Shown here piece after piece: positions 61,389 through 64,000 of a stretch of 64,000 bases of DNA. Position numbers and translations under genes: made by a program. The notes under the pieces were generated by a model that made no database searches, had not been told where the DNA came from, and was given only the letters and a program-made list of their open reading frames with translations. Location: NCBI GenBank assembly GCA_028826165.1, contig JAPDFW010000075.1, positions 248,001-312,000 on the forward strand, written 5' to 3'. The DNA is from Anaeramoeba ignava BMAN. Lineage: Eukaryota; Protista; Anaeramoebae. How positions within the stretch are numbered: the first letter of the stretch is position 1; each line of letters begins with the position of its first letter.

Positions 61389-63782
61389 ATGTATTCTAAA
61401 CAAAATAAAAACCAAAATATAAACAAAAATCAAAAACAAAATGAAAATCAATTACAAAACAAAAATCAAAAACAAAATGAAAATCAATTTCAAAATGAAA
61501 ATCAATTACAAAATATAAATCAATTTCAAAATGAAAATCAATTTCAAAACAAAAATCAATTACAAAATATAAATCAATTTCAAAATGAAAATAAATTTCA
61601 AAATGAAAATCAATTTCAAAATAAAAATCAATTTCAAAATAAAAATCAATTTCAAAATGAAAATCAATTTCAAAATGAAAATCAATTACAAAATGAAAAT
61701 CAATTTCAAAATATAAATCAATTTCAAAATAAAAATCAATTTCAAAATAAAAATCAATTTCAAAATATAAATCAATTTCAAAATATAAATCAATTTCAAA
61801 ATAAAAATCAATTTCAAAATATAAATCAATTTCAAAATGAAAATCAATTTCAAAATAAAAATCAATTTCAAAATAAAAATAAATTTCAAAATATAAATCA
61901 ATTTCAAAATGAAAATCAATTTCAAAATGAAAATAAATTTCAAAATGAAAATCAATTACAAAACAAAAATCAATTTCAAAATAAAAATCAATTACAAAAT
62001 GAAAATCAATTTCAAAATGAAAATCAATTACAAAATATAAATCAATTTCAAAATATAAATCAATTTCAAAATGAAAATCAATTACAAAATATAAATCAAT
62101 TTCAAAATAAAAATCAATTTCAAAACAAAAATCAATTACAAAATGAAAATCAATTTCAAAACAAAAATCAATTTCAAAACAAAAATCAATTTCAAAACAA
62201 AAATCAATTACAAAATGAAAATCAATTTCAAAATAAAAATCAATTTCAAAATAAAAATCAATTACAAAACAAAAACCAATTTCAAAATATAAATCAATTT
62301 CAAAATGAAAATAAATTTCAAAACAAAAATCAATTTCAAAATGAAAATCAATTTCAAAATAAAAATCAATTTCAAAACAAAAATCAATTTCAAAATATAA
62401 ATCAATTTCAAAATGAAAATCAATTTCAAAATAAAAATCAATTTCAAAATAAAAATCAATTTCAAAACAAAAACCAAAATATAAACAAAAATCAAAAACA
62501 AAATATAAATCAATTACAAAATAAAAATCAATTACAAAATATAAATCAATTTCAAAATATAAATCAAAATATAAATCAATTTCAAAATGAAAATCAATTA
62601 CAAAATAAAAATCAATTTCAAAACAAAAATCAATTTCAAAATGAAAATCAATTTCAAAACAAAAATCAATTACAAAATAAAAATCAATTACAAAATAAAA
62701 ATCAATTTCAAAATAAAAATCAATTTGAAAATGAAAATCAATTTCAAAATGAAAATCAATTTCAAAATAAAAATCAATTTCAAAATAAAAACCAATTTGA
62801 AAATGAAAATCAATTTCAAAATATAAATCAATTACAAAATAAAAATCAATTTCAAAATATAAATCAATTACAAAATAAAAATCAAAAACAAAATAAAAAT
62901 CAATTTCAAAATGAAAATCAAAATGAAAATCAAAATGAAAATCAAAATGAAAATCAAAATGAAAACTCGATTTGGAATTCAGAAAATATTAAAAAAATTT
63001 TACAAAATATTTATCAACTTAATAATCAACTAAAAGAACAAATTAAAGTTGAAAATTTTAACAAAGAAAAATGTTTGGAAATAAAACAAAAAATTCAAAA
63101 TCTAAAAAAACCATTTGAAGATTCTAAAAACATAAAGAAATTCCGTAGAAAAATTCTTAAAAGAAGAAGAAATTATCGATGGAAAAAAAAGCAAAAAGAA
63201 AAAATTCAAAATTCTAAAAAATTAGAAAATGAAAAAATTGATTTATGGTTAAAAAAAGAAATGGAAAAAAATAAAAAAGAAGAAATGGAACAAAAACAAA
63301 AAATGGAACAAATAAAAATTCAAAAAAAAGAGAAAAAAATTCAACAAAAAAAACAAAAAGAAAATGAAATATTTTCAAAATTATTACAATTAAGACAATT
63401 AAGAAGAGAAAAATTAAAAAAAAGAGGACATATTTTTATAGAAGAAGATGATGAATTTATATCAAAATTGCAAAATAAAATCAATGAAGAACAAAATGAA
63501 GAACAAAATGTAGAACAAAAAGTAGAACAAAAAGAAGAAGAACAAATAAATCTCAATATATTTGGTTTTCATAATAAAAATTTAAATTATTTTTATCATG
63601 TTTACACAAAATCTTCTAAATCACTTGATGATTTAAAACAAATTCGAACAGAATGGGATAATTTTTTAAATGATGAAAAAGGAACTCAAATACCAACTCA
63701 TTTTATTGAAGCTCCAAAACCTTCAAATATTTTTTGGAAACAATATTTACTTGAAAATTTTATAGAAAAGAAAAAGGATTAA
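61389..63782 (+). CDS. PDCD7: PDCD7 / U11-59K (U11/U12 snRNP 59-kDa protein) homologue with ~520-aa Q/N/F hexapeptide N-terminal repeat
   Basis: C-terminal motifs LRQLRREKLKKRGHIFIEEDDEFISKL, FYHVYTKSSKSLDDLKQIRTEWDNFL, GTQIPTHFIEAPKPSNIFWKQYL match my recollection of the family pattern. Confidence 0.78.
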   Translation: MYSKQNKNQNINKNQKQNENQLQNKNQKQNENQFQNENQLQNINQFQNENQFQNKNQLQNINQFQNENKFQNENQFQNKNQFQNKNQFQNENQFQNENQLQNENQFQNINQFQNKNQFQNKNQFQNINQFQNINQFQNKNQFQNINQFQNENQFQNKNQFQNKNKFQNINQFQNENQFQNENKFQNENQLQNKNQFQNKNQLQNENQFQNENQLQNINQFQNINQFQNENQLQNINQFQNKNQFQNKNQLQNENQFQNKNQFQNKNQFQNKNQLQNENQFQNKNQFQNKNQLQNKNQFQNINQFQNENKFQNKNQFQNENQFQNKNQFQNKNQFQNINQFQNENQFQNKNQFQNKNQFQNKNQNINKNQKQNINQLQNKNQLQNINQFQNINQNINQFQNENQLQNKNQFQNKNQFQNENQFQNKNQLQNKNQLQNKNQFQNKNQFENENQFQNENQFQNKNQFQNKNQFENENQFQNINQLQNKNQFQNINQLQNKNQKQNKNQFQNENQNENQNENQNENQNENSIWNSENIKKILQNIYQLNNQLKEQIKVENFNKEKCLEIKQKIQNLKKPFEDSKNIKKFRRKILKRRRNYRWKKKQKEKIQNSKKLENEKIDLWLKKEMEKNKKEEMEQKQKMEQIKIQKKEKKIQQKKQKENEIFSKLLQLRQLRREKLKKRGHIFIEEDDEFISKLQNKINEEQNEEQNVEQKVEQKEEEQINLNIFGFHNKNLNYFYHVYTKSSKSLDDLKQIRTEWDNFLNDEKGTQIPTHFIEAPKPSNIFWKQYLLENFIEKKKD

Positions 63783-63829
63783 ATTGATTAAATTTATTGA
63801 TTAAATTTTATTTCAATTTATTGATTAAA

Positions 63830-64000
63830 TTATTTCAAAATTATTTCAAAATTGTTTCAAAGTTATTTCAAAATTGTTTCAAAATTTATTTCAAAATTGT
63901 TTCAAAATTGTTAATTAAAATTGTTTCAAAATTGTTTCAAAATTTATTTCAAAATTTATTTCAAAATTGTTTCAAAATTGTTAATTAAAATTGTTTCAAA
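63830..64000. repeat. 11-bp repeat TTTCAAAATT(G/A)
   Basis: Direct reading; runs off the window edge. Confidence 0.8.

Noticed and set aside
1-64000. rRNA, tRNA, snRNA genes or transposase/RT ORFs; alternative genetic code
   Set aside because: No structured GC-containing non-coding segments or mobile-element enzymes seen; TAA and TGA terminate genes normally and conserved proteins read correctly in the standard code

Overview
Very AT-rich eukaryotic (protist) genomic DNA, standard genetic code. It carries about 18 protein-coding genes and about 39 spliceosomal GT-AG introns, which I reconstructed by hand. Many spacers and long introns are filled by their own AT-rich tandem repeat. The style (NENENE/SKSKSK/NQNQ tracts, intronless RCC1-BTB and ankyrin-BTB genes, TCATTT motifs before ATGs) resembles an anaerobic metamonad amoeba such as Anaeramoeba; this assignment is an inference. 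Genes in order: Nup107; small Cys-rich protein; IQ-DH-PH RhoGEF; two tandem RCC1-BTB-BTB genes (second frameshifted); histidine phosphatase; DNA topoisomerase II; class II aldolase with a possible organellar presequence; C2-HELP-WD40 (EML-like); acylphosphatase; a CH plus ~12 PH-like-module giant; Furry/Tao3; two ERI1-like DEDDh exonucleases (second followed by or fused to two RRMs); ankyrin-BTB-BTB; NEK kinase; PDCD7/U11-59K homologue. Top leads: (1) an intronless ankyrin-BTB gene bracketed by a perfect 29-bp direct repeat and sharing a conserved twin-BTB tail with the RCC1-BTB genes, suggesting a mobile, modular BTB-adaptor family; (2) a minor-spliceosome-specific protein; (3) Trichomonas-like Inr and Myb/M3-like promoter motifs; (4) microsatellite-driven intron growth visible between recent paralogues.
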